Notes: generated from the letters alone by a model not told the origin. 64,000 bases of DNA from Bacteroidales bacterium (GCA_038320545.1 JBBQEI010000013.1:6555-70554), one strand, 5' to 3'. Positions 8,885 to 19,564 are shown, counted from the stretch's first letter. Made by a program: numbers and translations.

Positions 8885-10816
8885 TTAATTTACTGATATT
8901 GAAGAAGAAGGTGGCTTTATACCATCTAAAACTTCATAAACTGAATTTTGGCTCTTGAATTCAGGAACCACTTTTTTCATCAGTTTAACAATTTCTATAT
9001 TATTTTGATTTTTTATGAGTTTTTCAAATTGATTTATGCAGTTTGAAATAGTATCAAAATCCATTAACGCAACTTTGGCAATCATTATTTTGGGATGGTA
9101 TGTCGGAATAGTATTTTCTGATGTACAGAGTAATTCTTCATAAAGCTTTTCACCCGGTCGCAGTCCGGTATATTTTATTTCGACATCTTTTCCTACCTCC
9201 AGACCCGATAAGCGAATCATATTCCGGGCTACGTCTGCTATTTTAATCGATTTTCCCATATCGAAAATAAATACTTCACCTCCTTTTCCCATAGCACTGG
9301 CTTCAAGCACCAATTGACATGCTTCAGGAATTGTCATAAAAAAACGGGTTACTTCAGGATGGGTAACAGTAACAGGCCCACCTTGTGCTATTTGTTTTTT
9401 GAACAGAGGTATGGCAGAGCCGTTAGATCCTAAAACATTGCCAAATCTTGTTGTAATAAATGAAGTATTGGAAATATTGTCTAATGCCTGAGTGTACAAT
9501 TCGGCTATTCTTTTGGAAGTTCCCATAATATTTGTCGGGTTAACTGCCTTATCGGTTGAGATCATAATGAACTTCCCGACATTATATTTTACTGCTAAAT
9601 CAGATAGCATTCTTGTGCCAATTACATTATTGTGAATGGCTTCAGCAGGGTTACCTTCCATCATGGGTACATGCTTATAGGCAGCAGCATGGAATATTAT
9701 ATCAATATTATATTTCTCGAAAATCCTTGTCATGCGCGATGCATTACAAATATCCCCGATAATGATATCATATTCAGTGAAAGAGCATTTTTCTGAAAGT
9801 TCCAGTTCCAGGCTATGAAGTGGTGTTTCGGCCTGATCAAGTAATAATATTTTTTTGGGATCGTATGCTGAGATCTGACGAACTATTTCACTTCCGATGG
9901 ATCCTGCGGCTCCTGTAACAAGGATAGTTTTATTTTTTAATTGTTGCCTAACCACTGAACTATCCAGAGTGATGGGGTCACGTTCCAGCAAATCTTCAAT
10001 ATTTATCTGCTTCAGTTGCTTGGCGCTGAAATCGTTGTTAATCCAGAATTTTATCCGGGGAACAGTCAATACTTTAATGTGATTATTCAGGCAAATGTCA
10101 ACAATTTCACTTTTTTTAGCCGGATCTAGATAGTTTTTAGCAATAATAAGCATATCAACTTCATATTTTTCGGAAAGAGAAACAATTTTTTGCAATGGAT
10201 AGATATTTATTCCTTCTATTTTCTTTCTTTGATTCTGCTTTTTATCATCCAGAAATCCAACGATACGATAACTGGCATCAACATCAAGGTCCAAAGCCCT
10301 TTTGGTCGCAACACCTAGTTCATCAACACCAAATATCAAAGCATTTATTCTTTTTTTCGATTTACTGCGAAATTCAATATAAATAAATTTAATAATGAGA
10401 CGTGAAGCTATCATTAAATAGGCAGTAATAAAGAATTCCATTATTATCACCGATAAGGGTATAAAAAACTTATGATTTAATTGAAAATTTATTAAATTGA
10501 TAACTAAAACAAATACACTCCCGGAAAAGAGAACAAGGATCAATTTTGCAAGATCACTTATGCCAGTGTGCCTTACTATCATTGCATATGTTTTGCTTAA
10601 AAAGAATGTAATTGTTCTCACTCCCAATATTACTATTATTGAGAGAGAAAGAACCGAGGAATATTCATTTGGAATTTTAAAATTAAAACGAAGTAAATAT
10701 GCGAGACATACCGAAATGACACATATCATCATATCAAAATTGAAAATTATCCAGGAAGGCAGGCTTGACTTGGAATATCGGATAATCCTATAAAAAAACG
10801 AATGTATTTTGTTCAT
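8885..10816 (-). CDS. Membrane-anchored UDP-HexNAc 4,6-dehydratase-type polysaccharide biosynthesis protein (CapD/WbpM/PglF family)
   Basis: 643 aa with N-terminal TM helices, the Rossmann motif LVTGAAGSIGSE, and STDKAVNPTNIMGTSKRIAE, which is the Ser-Met-Lys variant triad described for WbpM-type enzymes. Confidence 0.9.
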   Translation of the reverse strand: MNKIHSFFYRIIRYSKSSLPSWIIFNFDMMICVISVCLAYLLRFNFKIPNEYSSVLSLSIIVILGVRTITFFLSKTYAMIVRHTGISDLAKLILVLFSGSVFVLVINLINFQLNHKFFIPLSVIIMEFFITAYLMIASRLIIKFIYIEFRSKSKKRINALIFGVDELGVATKRALDLDVDASYRIVGFLDDKKQNQRKKIEGINIYPLQKIVSLSEKYEVDMLIIAKNYLDPAKKSEIVDICLNNHIKVLTVPRIKFWINNDFSAKQLKQINIEDLLERDPITLDSSVVRQQLKNKTILVTGAAGSIGSEIVRQISAYDPKKILLLDQAETPLHSLELELSEKCSFTEYDIIIGDICNASRMTRIFEKYNIDIIFHAAAYKHVPMMEGNPAEAIHNNVIGTRMLSDLAVKYNVGKFIMISTDKAVNPTNIMGTSKRIAELYTQALDNISNTSFITTRFGNVLGSNGSAIPLFKKQIAQGGPVTVTHPEVTRFFMTIPEACQLVLEASAMGKGGEVFIFDMGKSIKIADVARNMIRLSGLEVGKDVEIKYTGLRPGEKLYEELLCTSENTIPTYHPKIMIAKVALMDFDTISNCINQFEKLIKNQNNIEIVKLMKKVVPEFKSQNSVYEVLDGIKPPSSSISVN

Positions 10817-11055
10817 ATTTGTTTATACTTTTTTTATTAATCAAATCCATCAAAGAAATAATCACTTAATCCTCACAAATTTGGAATTTATTATTTTAAA
10901 CTTACAAATTTTAAAATGAAGAACAAAGATTAAACTAAAATTAAACGATCTGTATACGGTGATTTTTATAAAATAGTTATTTTAGTCAATTAAAAATATT
11001 TAATCTTTAGATGGCAATTATTTAATTTGGTTGCGTTTATTTTTAAAAAAATAAA

Positions 11056-11063
11056 TAACTTTG
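11056..11063 (+). promoter_or_regulatory. Candidate -7 promoter box (TAACTTTG)
   Basis: TAnnTTTG match about 60 nt upstream of the ATG at 11123, in an AT-rich divergent intergenic region. Confidence 0.35.
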
Positions 11064-11122
11064 AAACAGGACAAACTTAACTTTAAAAGATTTGTTGCGT
11101 AAAAACAGACAAAATTAAGTTG

Positions 11123-11503
11123 ATGAGCATAATTATCCAGAAAACGCAGAATACCCCCTACATCAAATTTGAGGATGGTGTTTTGGTTATAGCTGGCAGA
11201 TCTATCCCTGAAAACGCACTTACATTTTTTGAACCTGTCTTCAAAGCAATAGCCGAATATTCAAAAAAGCCATACCCTGTTACTGAAATCAATATTTTGC
11301 TGGAATATGCAAATAGCAGTTCCAACAGGTCGTTGTTAACAGTTTTTACCTTGTTTGAGAAAATATACGAAAATGGTAATAATGTATACATAAATTGGTT
11401 TTATGAAGCAGGTGATGATTTAATGTATGATCTGGGGCATGATTATAAAGCTTTGATGCGTCTTCCGTTCATGGTTCTTGAAAGAAGTTCACTAAATATT
11501 TAA
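11123..11503 (+). CDS. DUF1987 / SiaC-like small regulatory protein
   Basis: About 126 aa with the hallmarks IKFEDGVLVIAGRSIPEN, LLEYANSSSNRS and INWFYEAGDDLMYDLG. The ATG at 11123 is preferred over the TTG at 11120. Confidence 0.75.
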   Translation: MSIIIQKTQNTPYIKFEDGVLVIAGRSIPENALTFFEPVFKAIAEYSKKPYPVTEINILLEYANSSSNRSLLTVFTLFEKIYENGNNVYINWFYEAGDDLMYDLGHDYKALMRLPFMVLERSSLNI

Positions 11504-12175
11504 GTAAGCGTATCTGTTGGTATCTTTTTCTCTCATTTTTATTTTATTTTCTTTAAAATTGAACGACAAAGATATCATAAATAATTTTGTATCGATATTT
11601 TTATAACTCATAGATTTTCCAAAATCTTTCCCTACAAAATCTGTGTTCAAAAAGTCAGACAGGTAATATCGGATTTTAAAACTAAATCCTTCAGGAAATT
11701 GAATGCCTGCAAAAATTGATATTAAAAACGGGTTTGTTCTTTTGTCGAAAAAAGAAGACTGTTTAATTTTTTCGTCGTCATATATTTTCTTTTGTTTGTA
11801 ATGAATCGGGAATTCTAATTCTCCTCCCGCAAACAGGTATTTTAAATTTCGCATATTACCAAACTTTATCGCAAGAGGAACTCCAATATTGTAGGTTCGC
11901 CTTTTAAATACCGTATCGGCACTTTCATAACAAAAACCGATATTGGAAATTGACAGGCCCGAATAAAATCCTAAAGAATGTGAAATGTCAAAATGGAAAT
12001 TATTATTGTAATGGAAAAATGCACTTGCCCTAATTCTGCTTGTTGTATTTTCAAATGGCGAATTACTCACTGACCTGGAGAGAATTAATTCGCCACCGGA
12101 TGTTCTGTAGATTTTGGTTGTTTGTGAATATAAGCTGGATGAAAATAAAAAAGTAATGAATAGAATTAATCGCAT
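11492..12175 (-). CDS. Putative exported beta-barrel protein
   Basis: The internal start MRLILFITFLFSSSLYSQ gives a signal peptide, and its ATG sits 1 nt after the lhgO stop (TAAAATG). The sequence shows an alternating beta-strand-like pattern. The upstream part of the ORF-track model overlaps lhgO. Confidence 0.45.
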   Translation of the reverse strand: MRLILFITFLFSSSLYSQTTKIYRTSGGELILSRSVSNSPFENTTSRIRASAFFHYNNNFHFDISHSLGFYSGLSISNIGFCYESADTVFKRRTYNIGVPLAIKFGNMRNLKYLFAGGELEFPIHYKQKKIYDDEKIKQSSFFDKRTNPFLISIFAGIQFPEGFSFKIRYYLSDFLNTDFVGKDFGKSMSYKNIDTKLFMISLSFNFKENKIKMREKDTNRYAYLNI

Positions 12176-12176
12176 T

Positions 12177-13376
12177 TTAAAAACGGGATATAATTTTTGC
12201 TGAAATAGTTTTACCAATCGAGAGTGAAGCAGTTGCTGCCGGTGAAGGAGCATTCAAAACATTAATTACATTTTCGTCTTCATAGAATAGAAAATCATCA
12301 ACTAAAATACCTTCTCTTGTGCAGGCCTGGGCTCTCACACCTGAACCGCCTTTTATCAGATCTGCTTTTTTGATTGTTGGCAACAATCGTTGAAGTGCAG
12401 TTGTAAATGCTGTTTTAGAAAAGCTCCTGTAATATTCTCCTAATCCCATTTTCCAATATTTTGCCATTACCTTTTGAAAACCTGGCCATAAAAGTGATTC
12501 TTTGAATTCCGAAAAGTTAAAATCAAATTTTTTATACCCTTCTTTTTTAAAAGCAAATACAGCATTCGGACCGGCTTCTATTCCCCCTTTCAACCTTCTT
12601 GTAAAATGAACTCCCAAAAATGGGAAGGCAGGGTCAGGAACAGGATAAATCAGGTTTCTTACCAAATGTTGTTTTTCTTTTTTAACACCAAAATACTCAC
12701 CTCGAAATGGAATGATACGAACGTCAATTTTTTCCCTTGTCATCAGGGCAATCTTGTCCGAATGCAGGCCAGCAGTGTTAACGATCAATTTAGTTAAAAA
12801 CGTTCGGTCTCCTGTAATTATTTCAGAAAAACCGGTTTTTATATTAATCTTTTCAACTTTCTGATTTAAAAATATTTCTCCTTGTAACCTGTCAGTAAAT
12901 ATTTCGGCGTACTTCGTGCAAACATCATTGAAATCGATAATTCCTGTATAAGGTACCAAAATTCCTGCAATGCCATTTGCATTTGGTTCATAATCGGTAA
13001 TTTCTTCCTGGCTAAGCTTTTTAATCTCAAGCAAACCATTTTGCAAACCACGCTGATACAAATTTTCCAATCTGGGCAATTCATCTTCTCTGGTGGCAAT
13101 AATAATTTTACCACATAACTCGTAAGGTATATTTTCTTTATTGCAAAAATCGAGAAGCAATTTATAGCCATCAATACAATTCTGAGCCTTGAGGCTGCCC
13201 GGTTTATAATATATTCCTGAATGAATAACGCCGCTGTTGTTTCCTGTCTGGTGTTTTGCCAAACCATTTTCTTTTTCAAGCAAGGCCACTTTTAATTCAG
13301 GTTTGGTTTCTTTGAGTTGCATGGCTGTTGCCAGACCAACAATTCCCCCTCCAATTATGATAACATCGTACTGCAT
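12177..13376 (-). CDS. lhgO: L-2-hydroxyglutarate oxidase (FAD-dependent)
   Basis: MQYDVIIIGGGIVGLATA dinucleotide fold followed by HQTGNNSGVIHSGIYYKPGSLKA, typical of LhgO. Confidence 0.8.
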   Translation of the reverse strand: MQYDVIIIGGGIVGLATAMQLKETKPELKVALLEKENGLAKHQTGNNSGVIHSGIYYKPGSLKAQNCIDGYKLLLDFCNKENIPYELCGKIIIATREDELPRLENLYQRGLQNGLLEIKKLSQEEITDYEPNANGIAGILVPYTGIIDFNDVCTKYAEIFTDRLQGEIFLNQKVEKINIKTGFSEIITGDRTFLTKLIVNTAGLHSDKIALMTREKIDVRIIPFRGEYFGVKKEKQHLVRNLIYPVPDPAFPFLGVHFTRRLKGGIEAGPNAVFAFKKEGYKKFDFNFSEFKESLLWPGFQKVMAKYWKMGLGEYYRSFSKTAFTTALQRLLPTIKKADLIKGGSGVRAQACTREGILVDDFLFYEDENVINVLNAPSPAATASLSIGKTISAKIISRF

Positions 13377-13445
13377 TTTTTAAGCTTTGGGTTTAAGCAT
13401 AAATATATATTATTTATCATCCAACGCTTTTAATTAATGGCCAGT

Positions 13446-14249
13446 TCAATTAATTTTTTGATGAGTTGCCAGATATGATAAGATAAAATCATCGTATTTA
13501 TGAGATATATTTTCAATAATTTTATTTGGTAAATAATATAAATGTTTGTCAATTCTTTTTATAGGTAATACTTTAGGCGATGTCCCAGTAATAAATGCTG
13601 CATCAAATTTGGAAATACCGGAATATGGGATATAATTAAAGTTAATATCATAGTTGTTTTCACGGCAAATTTTAATAATAAACTCACGGGTAATTCCGGG
13701 TAATACTATCTCATCAGGTGAAGTTTCGATGGTATCGCCTTTAATAAAAAATATGTTGGACCTGCTGCCTTCTGTTATATATCCATCAGGATGTACCAAT
13801 ATAACTTCATAAACATTTTGGATTTGAAGTAAATTATTAAATTTATTTCTAAGTATATCATCCTGCATCTTCACGCCTGGATTTACCCTCTGATCAATAC
13901 TTGTAACAGTATCTACCCCTTCTGAATATTCAATTTGTGATGGATATTTATGAGGAATGAAAGCTATAACTGTTTGACATTCCAAAGTAGTATCCGAATA
14001 ATTTAGTGAAATTTTAATATTACCTGAAAATACTTTGATAGAAGTTATTAACTTATCAATTAATTCTTTAAATTGAGATTTTGAATAAGGAACTGATTTA
14101 TTTATTTTATTTGCTGAGGCTACTAACCTTTGTAAATGATTTTCCAGATATAAAGGTACACCATCAATAATTCGAATAACTTCATATATCGTTACATTTC
14201 CTTTTTTATCGTATTCGGAAACAGGTGTTATGATGCTATTAACTAACAT
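13446..14249 (-). CDS. Class IV (fold type IV) aminotransferase
   Basis: The sequence YEVIRIIDGVPLYLENHLQRL...ITEGSRSNIFFIKGDTIETSP...LPGITR is characteristic of the D-amino-acid / branched-chain / ADC-lyase family. I prefer the start at MLVNSI (14249); the longer ORF reaches 14318. Confidence 0.7.
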   Translation of the reverse strand: MLVNSIITPVSEYDKKGNVTIYEVIRIIDGVPLYLENHLQRLVASANKINKSVPYSKSQFKELIDKLITSIKVFSGNIKISLNYSDTTLECQTVIAFIPHKYPSQIEYSEGVDTVTSIDQRVNPGVKMQDDILRNKFNNLLQIQNVYEVILVHPDGYITEGSRSNIFFIKGDTIETSPDEIVLPGITREFIIKICRENNYDINFNYIPYSGISKFDAAFITGTSPKVLPIKRIDKHLYYLPNKIIENISHKYDDFILSYLATHQKIN

Positions 14250-14378
14250 ATAATTAAATATATATTCCATAATAAATAAAATAATGTAAGATAAAAATAA
14301 ATTATCAAACAAAAACATTTAAGCTGCGTATAAAATCAATGTATCCGATAAAAGACCTATTACTGATAGAAATACCCT

Positions 14379-14762
14379 ATGAAAGCTAAATTAATATTTA
14401 TTGTTGACGACGACCGTATAATTCAGAATCTTTTAGAATACACTTTTAACAGCAGGGAAGGGAGTGAGGTTTTGGTTTTTCCTTCAGGAGAAGAATGTAT
14501 TAAAAATCTTCATTTGAATCCCGATGCAATTGTACTGGATCATTTATTTTTAAATAATGACAATACACTGATGAGTGGCATGGATACACTTGATGAGATC
14601 AGGAAGCAAAACACTACTGCATCTGTTATTATTTTATCAAGCCAGCCAAGCCAGGAACTTATTAATGAATTCTATAAAAAAGGGGCTACCAGCTATATTG
14701 CTAAAGAGGATTATTTTATCGACAGTCTCATTGAAGCAATAGAAAAAATTCTTGCTACCTAA
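14379..14762 (+). CDS. Stand-alone response-regulator receiver domain protein
   Basis: 127 aa in CheY-like layout (IFIVDDD ... AIVLDHLF ... IILSS ... K) with no output domain. Confidence 0.8.
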   Translation: MKAKLIFIVDDDRIIQNLLEYTFNSREGSEVLVFPSGEECIKNLHLNPDAIVLDHLFLNNDNTLMSGMDTLDEIRKQNTTASVIILSSQPSQELINEFYKKGATSYIAKEDYFIDSLIEAIEKILAT

Positions 14763-14785
14763 ATTTTAAGAAGCAAGAATTTCAA

Positions 14786-16585
14786 TTAATTATTACTATA
14801 TCTTTTTCTCTCGTTTTCGTCGAGAAGAATTTTTCTTAATCTTATGCTTTTTGGTGTAATTTCTACATATTCATCTTCCTGAATATATTCTAAAGCTTCC
14901 TCAAGCGAAAACTTAACAGCAGGGGCAATCCGCATTTTTTCGTCAGTTCCGGTTGCCCGCATATTTGTAAGTTTTTTGGTTTTGGAGATATTCAACCCAA
15001 GATCACCTGCTCTGGAATTTTCTCCAACTACTTGTCCGGAATATATTTCATCGAAAGGATCCACGAAAAATTTACCCCGGTCCTGAAGTTTATGAAGTGC
15101 ATAAGCTATGGCCATTCCTGTTTCTATTGAAATTAAAGAACCGTTCTGACGTTTTTCAATATCTCCCTTTATCGGAGCAAATTCCTTAAAACGGTGTGTC
15201 ATTACTGCTTCACCAGAAGTTGCTGTGAGTAGTAAGTTTCTTAACCCGATAATCCCTCTGGAAGGAATGGTAAATTCCAAATGGATGCGATCCATTTTTC
15301 TTTCCATTTTAATCATATCGCCTTTACGACGGTTTACCATTTCAATTGCTTTTCCTGCGGATTCTTCAGGTAAATCGATATTTAGTATTTCGTAAGGTTC
15401 GTGTTTCTCTCCCCCAATTTCTTTAACAATTACCTGTGGTTGTCCAACCTGCAGTTCATATCCTTCCCGGCGCATGGTTTCAATTAAAATTGACAAATGC
15501 AGAATTCCACGGCCAAATACAATAAATGCTTCAGATGAATCGGCAGGTTCGACTTTAAGTGCTATATTTTTTTCCAATTCCCTGTCAAGCCTGTCTTTTA
15601 AATGCCTTGATGTGACAAATTTACCATCACGTCCAAAAAATGGAGAGTTGTTGATAGTAAACAACATGCTCATGGTTGGTTCGTCAACGGCCATTATTTC
15701 TAATGGTTCAGGATTTTCAAAATCGCAAATGGTATCACCGATACCAAATCCTTCAATTCCTACCAATGCACAAATATCGCCACATTCAACTTTTTCAACC
15801 TTGCGCTTTGATAAACCTTCAAAAATAAGTAACTCCTTAATACGAGTCCTGACAATTGATTTATCTCTTTTAACAAGTGATACCATCTGGTTTTCCCTGA
15901 GTTCGCCCCGTTGTAGTTTTCCAATCGCTATTCTTCCTACATAAGAAGTATATTCCAAAGAAGAAATCAGCATTTGAGGTGTTCCTTCCTTCACTTTCGG
16001 AGCAGGAATGTTTTTAACGATACAATCGAGCAATGGTGTAATATCAGTTGTTGGGCTCTTCCAACTTTCGGCCATCCAGTTATGTTTAGCCGAACCATAA
16101 ATGGTTGGAAAATTTAATTGGTCTTCGGTAGCTTCCAAATTGAACATGAGTTCAAAAACTTCCTCATGAACTTCTTCGGGTCTGCAGTTGGGCTTATCAA
16201 CTTTGTTGATTACAACTATTGGTTTCAATCCCATTTGTAAAGCTTTTTGCAGAACAAACCGGGTTTGAGGCATTGTTCCTTCAAACGCATCTACCAACAG
16301 AAGAACTCCATCGGACATGTTTAATACACGTTCAACTTCTCCTCCAAAGTCGGCATGGCCCGGAGTATCAATTATGTTTATTTTAATACCCTTATATTCT
16401 ACCGAAACATTTTTGGATAATATTGTAATGCCCCGTTCACGTTCGAGTTCATTACTATCCATAATTAAATCACCAGGAGTTTCATGGTCTTTAAATATTT
16501 TGCTGCAAACTAAAATTTTGTCTACCAGCGTAGTTTTACCATGGTCAACATGGGCAATTATTGCTATATTTCTCAGCTCTTTCAT
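14786..16585 (-). CDS. typA: Translational GTPase TypA/BipA
   Basis: 599 aa with AIIAHVDHGKTTLVD, DTPGHADFGGEVER and NKVD G-motifs, and full-length BipA architecture. Confidence 0.95.
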   Translation of the reverse strand: MKELRNIAIIAHVDHGKTTLVDKILVCSKIFKDHETPGDLIMDSNELERERGITILSKNVSVEYKGIKINIIDTPGHADFGGEVERVLNMSDGVLLLVDAFEGTMPQTRFVLQKALQMGLKPIVVINKVDKPNCRPEEVHEEVFELMFNLEATEDQLNFPTIYGSAKHNWMAESWKSPTTDITPLLDCIVKNIPAPKVKEGTPQMLISSLEYTSYVGRIAIGKLQRGELRENQMVSLVKRDKSIVRTRIKELLIFEGLSKRKVEKVECGDICALVGIEGFGIGDTICDFENPEPLEIMAVDEPTMSMLFTINNSPFFGRDGKFVTSRHLKDRLDRELEKNIALKVEPADSSEAFIVFGRGILHLSILIETMRREGYELQVGQPQVIVKEIGGEKHEPYEILNIDLPEESAGKAIEMVNRRKGDMIKMERKMDRIHLEFTIPSRGIIGLRNLLLTATSGEAVMTHRFKEFAPIKGDIEKRQNGSLISIETGMAIAYALHKLQDRGKFFVDPFDEIYSGQVVGENSRAGDLGLNISKTKKLTNMRATGTDEKMRIAPAVKFSLEEALEYIQEDEYVEITPKSIRLRKILLDENERKRYSNN

Positions 16586-16615
16586 TCTACTTCACGAATT
16601 TCAAAAAATGGGTTG

Positions 16616-16623
16616 CAAAAGTA
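16616..16623 (-). promoter_or_regulatory. Candidate -7 promoter box for typA (TACTTTTG on the minus strand)
   Basis: The plus strand reads CAAAAGTA, 31-38 nt upstream of the typA start codon. Confidence 0.45.
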
Positions 16624-16760
16624 CTTTTAATTTATTTAACATGCACCATAACTTATTGTTTTATTTTATATTTGGTATTTCTAACCAAATGTGTGCCAGA
16701 TTCAATTCTCTGAAATTAACCATTATATCTTTTTTCTTTTTTTATTAAAATATTAATTTA

Positions 16761-16768
16761 TACTTTTG
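16761..16768 (+). promoter_or_regulatory. Candidate -7 promoter box (TACTTTTG) for yceD-rpmF-plsX-fabH
   Basis: TAnnTTTG match 18 nt upstream of the ATG at 16786. Confidence 0.5.
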
Positions 16769-16785
16769 CACGTTGAAAAATTAGC

Positions 16786-17328
16786 ATGGTGAAGCATCAG
16801 AGTCAATATGTTATAGCATATAAGGGGTTAAGGGAAGGGCTACATCTTTTTGATTTTAAGGTTGATGACTCGTTCTTTGAGAAGTATGAAAATAGTGAAA
16901 TTGAAAAAGGAAATGTTGAAGTTCATGTAACTTTAAATAAAAAAACAACTATACTTGAATTTTTATTTGAATTGAACGGAGAGGTTTATTTACCATGTGA
17001 CAGATGCCTGAAACCTTTTTCATTAGAGATTGATTATGAGGCTCCTCTGTATTTTAAATTCGGAGTAGAGACTCATGAAGAAACTGATGAATTATTTATT
17101 ATATCGGAGCAGGAAACAGAAATTGATCTTTCTCAATTTATTTATGAATTTATTCATTTAAGTTTGCCTTACCGGCGGGTTCATCCTGATGATGAGAATG
17201 GACAGCCGACATGTGATAAAGAAATGTTGAAGCGTTTGGAAGAATTATCTGCCGGAAGTGAAAAATCGGAAGATAGCGAAACAGACCCAAGATGGAATGA
17301 TTTGAAAAATCTTTTTAATAACAATTAA
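16786..17328 (+). CDS. yceD: YceD/DUF177 family protein
   Basis: 180 aa with the CDRCL motif and an acidic tail, immediately upstream of rpmF as in the conserved yceD-rpmF arrangement. Confidence 0.8.
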   Translation: MVKHQSQYVIAYKGLREGLHLFDFKVDDSFFEKYENSEIEKGNVEVHVTLNKKTTILEFLFELNGEVYLPCDRCLKPFSLEIDYEAPLYFKFGVETHEETDELFIISEQETEIDLSQFIYEFIHLSLPYRRVHPDDENGQPTCDKEMLKRLEELSAGSEKSEDSETDPRWNDLKNLFNNN

Positions 17329-17340
17329 ATAATATTTAAA

Positions 17341-17526
17341 ATGCCAAATCCGAAACGAAAGCATTCGAAGCAGAGAAGGGATAAGAGAAGAACACACGAC
17401 AAAGCCGTAGTTCCAACCACAGCAAAGTGCAGCAACTGTAATGCAACAGTTTTGTATCACCGAGTATGTCCCGATTGTGGTTACTACAGAGGAAAGCTTG
17501 CCATTGAAAAAGTAGCGGCAGCTTAA
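17341..17526 (+). CDS. rpmF: 50S ribosomal protein L32
   Basis: MPNPKRKHSKQRRDKRRTH plus the zinc ribbon C..C...HRVC..CGYY. Confidence 0.95.
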   Translation: MPNPKRKHSKQRRDKRRTHDKAVVPTTAKCSNCNATVLYHRVCPDCGYYRGKLAIEKVAAA

Positions 17527-17544
17527 TTTTAATTTTAATTCTAT

Positions 17545-18486
17545 ATGAGGTTAGGCCTGGATGTTATGGGAGGAGATTATGCTCCTGATGTTACCATAAA
17601 AGGAGCAATTTTAGCCCATAAGCTATTACCCTCTGATGTAGAACTTGTACTTTTTGGCGACGAAAATGTGATCAGGAAATTCTGTATCGATAACAATTCT
17701 GATCCCAGGGATTTTACCATTGTGCATGCTTCAGAAGTAATAGAAATGGGTGACCATCCTGCTAAAGCATTTTCTCATAAAACTCAATCCAGTATATTTT
17801 TAGGTTTTAAGGAACTTGAAGCTGGTAAAATTGATGCTTTTGCAAGTGCAGGAAGTACCGGTGCTATGATGGTCGGAGCAATGTACACTGTTAAAACAAT
17901 TCCGGGTATAATTCGCCCTACTATAACAGCGGCTGTTCCCCGAATGGATGGTAGCTTTTCAATTCTTCTTGATGTTGGTATCAATCCCGATTGTAAACCT
18001 GATGTACTTTACCAATACGCTGTGCTGGGCTCTTTATATACAGAATTTGTATACAATGTTCCTAAACCACGTGTTGGATTATTAAATATCGGTTCTGAAG
18101 AGGAAAAGGGAAACCTGTTAACCAAAGCGACCTTTCAGTTAATGCAGGGTAGCAAGGAATTTAACTTTATCGGAAATGTTGAAGGCAACGATCTATTTGA
18201 TTTTAAGAAAGTAGATGTAATTGTGTGTGATGGATTTGTAGGGAATGTTTTATTAAAAGCTGCTGAGTCTTTTTATCATCTGATAAGGAAGCGCAACATT
18301 CAGGATGAATTTTTTGAACGTTTCAACTTCGAAAACTATGGAGGAACTCCCGTTTTGGGTGTAAATTCCAATGTTATTATCGGACATGGTATTTCGAACG
18401 ATATTGCCATCAAAAACATGATACTACATACTTTTGATGTTACAAGAGCAAATTTACCTGCAAAAATTAAGGAAGTTTTTAAATGA
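17545..18486 (+). CDS. plsX: Phosphate acyltransferase PlsX
   Basis: LGLDVMGGDYAP at the N-terminus, GSTGAMM, and CDGFVGNVLLK. Confidence 0.95.
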   Translation: MRLGLDVMGGDYAPDVTIKGAILAHKLLPSDVELVLFGDENVIRKFCIDNNSDPRDFTIVHASEVIEMGDHPAKAFSHKTQSSIFLGFKELEAGKIDAFASAGSTGAMMVGAMYTVKTIPGIIRPTITAAVPRMDGSFSILLDVGINPDCKPDVLYQYAVLGSLYTEFVYNVPKPRVGLLNIGSEEEKGNLLTKATFQLMQGSKEFNFIGNVEGNDLFDFKKVDVIVCDGFVGNVLLKAAESFYHLIRKRNIQDEFFERFNFENYGGTPVLGVNSNVIIGHGISNDIAIKNMILHTFDVTRANLPAKIKEVFK

Positions 18487-18566
18487 ATTTCCAGGGTCAG
18501 ATGTTTTAATGATGAATAATATTGATCATTAAATTTTTTGTTCCCTATAAATAAAAATATGTACGC

Positions 18567-19562
18567 ATGAATAATATTAGAGCTGCCATTACTGGTTTAG
18601 AAGCTTTCTTGCCGGAATATCGCCTAACTAATGAAGAATTAAGCCGAATGGTTGATACTTCAGACGAATGGATAATGCAGCGTGTTGGAATAAAAGAGCG
18701 AAGAATTTTAAAAGGAGAAGGATTAGCTACTTCAGATATGGGAGCAGAAGCTGTGAAAAAGCTTCTTATTAAAACCGGCACTTCTGCCGATGATATCGAT
18801 CTTATTTTAGTTGCCACAGTTACTCCCGATATGTTTTTCCCATCAACTGCATGTATCATTGCTGATAAAGCAGGTATAAAAAATGCATGGGGATTTGACA
18901 TCAGCGCCGCTTGTTCGTCTTTCCTGTTTATCATGGAAACGGCTAATAAGTTTATCGAATCGGGTCAATACAAAAAAGTAATTGTAGTTGCAAGCGATAA
19001 AATGTCTGCAATTACTAATTATACCGACAGAACAACTTGTCCGTTATTTGGTGATGCCGCTGTTGCCTTATTACTCGAACCTACAACTGAAGATGTGGGG
19101 ATAATGGATAGTGAACTGAAAATTGATGGATCCGGGCGACATTATCTTTATATGAAAGGCGGCGGGTCACAAAGACCTTCTTCACACGAAACTGTTGAAC
19201 TGGGAGAACATTATATCCATCAGGAAGGTCAAACCGTTTTTAAGGTAGCTGTTTCCAAAATGGCTGACGTTGCAGCAGGAATGATGGAAAAACATAACAT
19301 TTCTCCTGAGGATTTAGCCTGGCTGGTTCCTCATCAGGCTAATCTCCGGATTATAGAAGCCACAGGGAGAAGAATGGGGCTAAGCAAAGAAAAAGTCATG
19401 ATCAATATCGAAAAGTACGGTAACACTACAGCCGCTACTATTCCATTATGTTTATGGGAGTGGGAAAAACAACTCAAAAAAGGAGATAAGTTAATATTAG
19501 CTGCTTTTGGAGGCGGATTCACCTGGGGAGCCATATATCTGAAATGGGGATATAATTCTTAG
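18567..19562 (+). CDS. fabH: 3-oxoacyl-ACP synthase III
   Basis: SDEWI..R.GI.ER, active-site [13 protein letters not shown] and GNTTAATIP motifs. Confidence 0.95.
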   Translation: MNNIRAAITGLEAFLPEYRLTNEELSRMVDTSDEWIMQRVGIKERRILKGEGLATSDMGAEAVKKLLIKTGTSADDIDLILVATVTPDMFFPSTACIIADKAGIKNAWGFDISAACSSFLFIMETANKFIESGQYKKVIVVASDKMSAITNYTDRTTCPLFGDAAVALLLEPTTEDVGIMDSELKIDGSGRHYLYMKGGGSQRPSSHETVELGEHYIHQEGQTVFKVAVSKMADVAAGMMEKHNISPEDLAWLVPHQANLRIIEATGRRMGLSKEKVMINIEKYGNTTAATIPLCLWEWEKQLKKGDKLILAAFGGGFTWGAIYLKWGYNS

Positions 19563-19564
19563 AA

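Noticed and set aside
12866-13279. 137-aa alternative-frame ORF inside lhgO
   Set aside because: It lies on the same strand in a different frame within a well-supported FAD oxidase gene, and it has no motif.
15474-16748. Long antisense ORFs within typA (15474-15944 and 16317-16748)
   Set aside because: TypA on the opposite strand is unambiguous. The antisense products are Ser/Ile-rich with no motifs.
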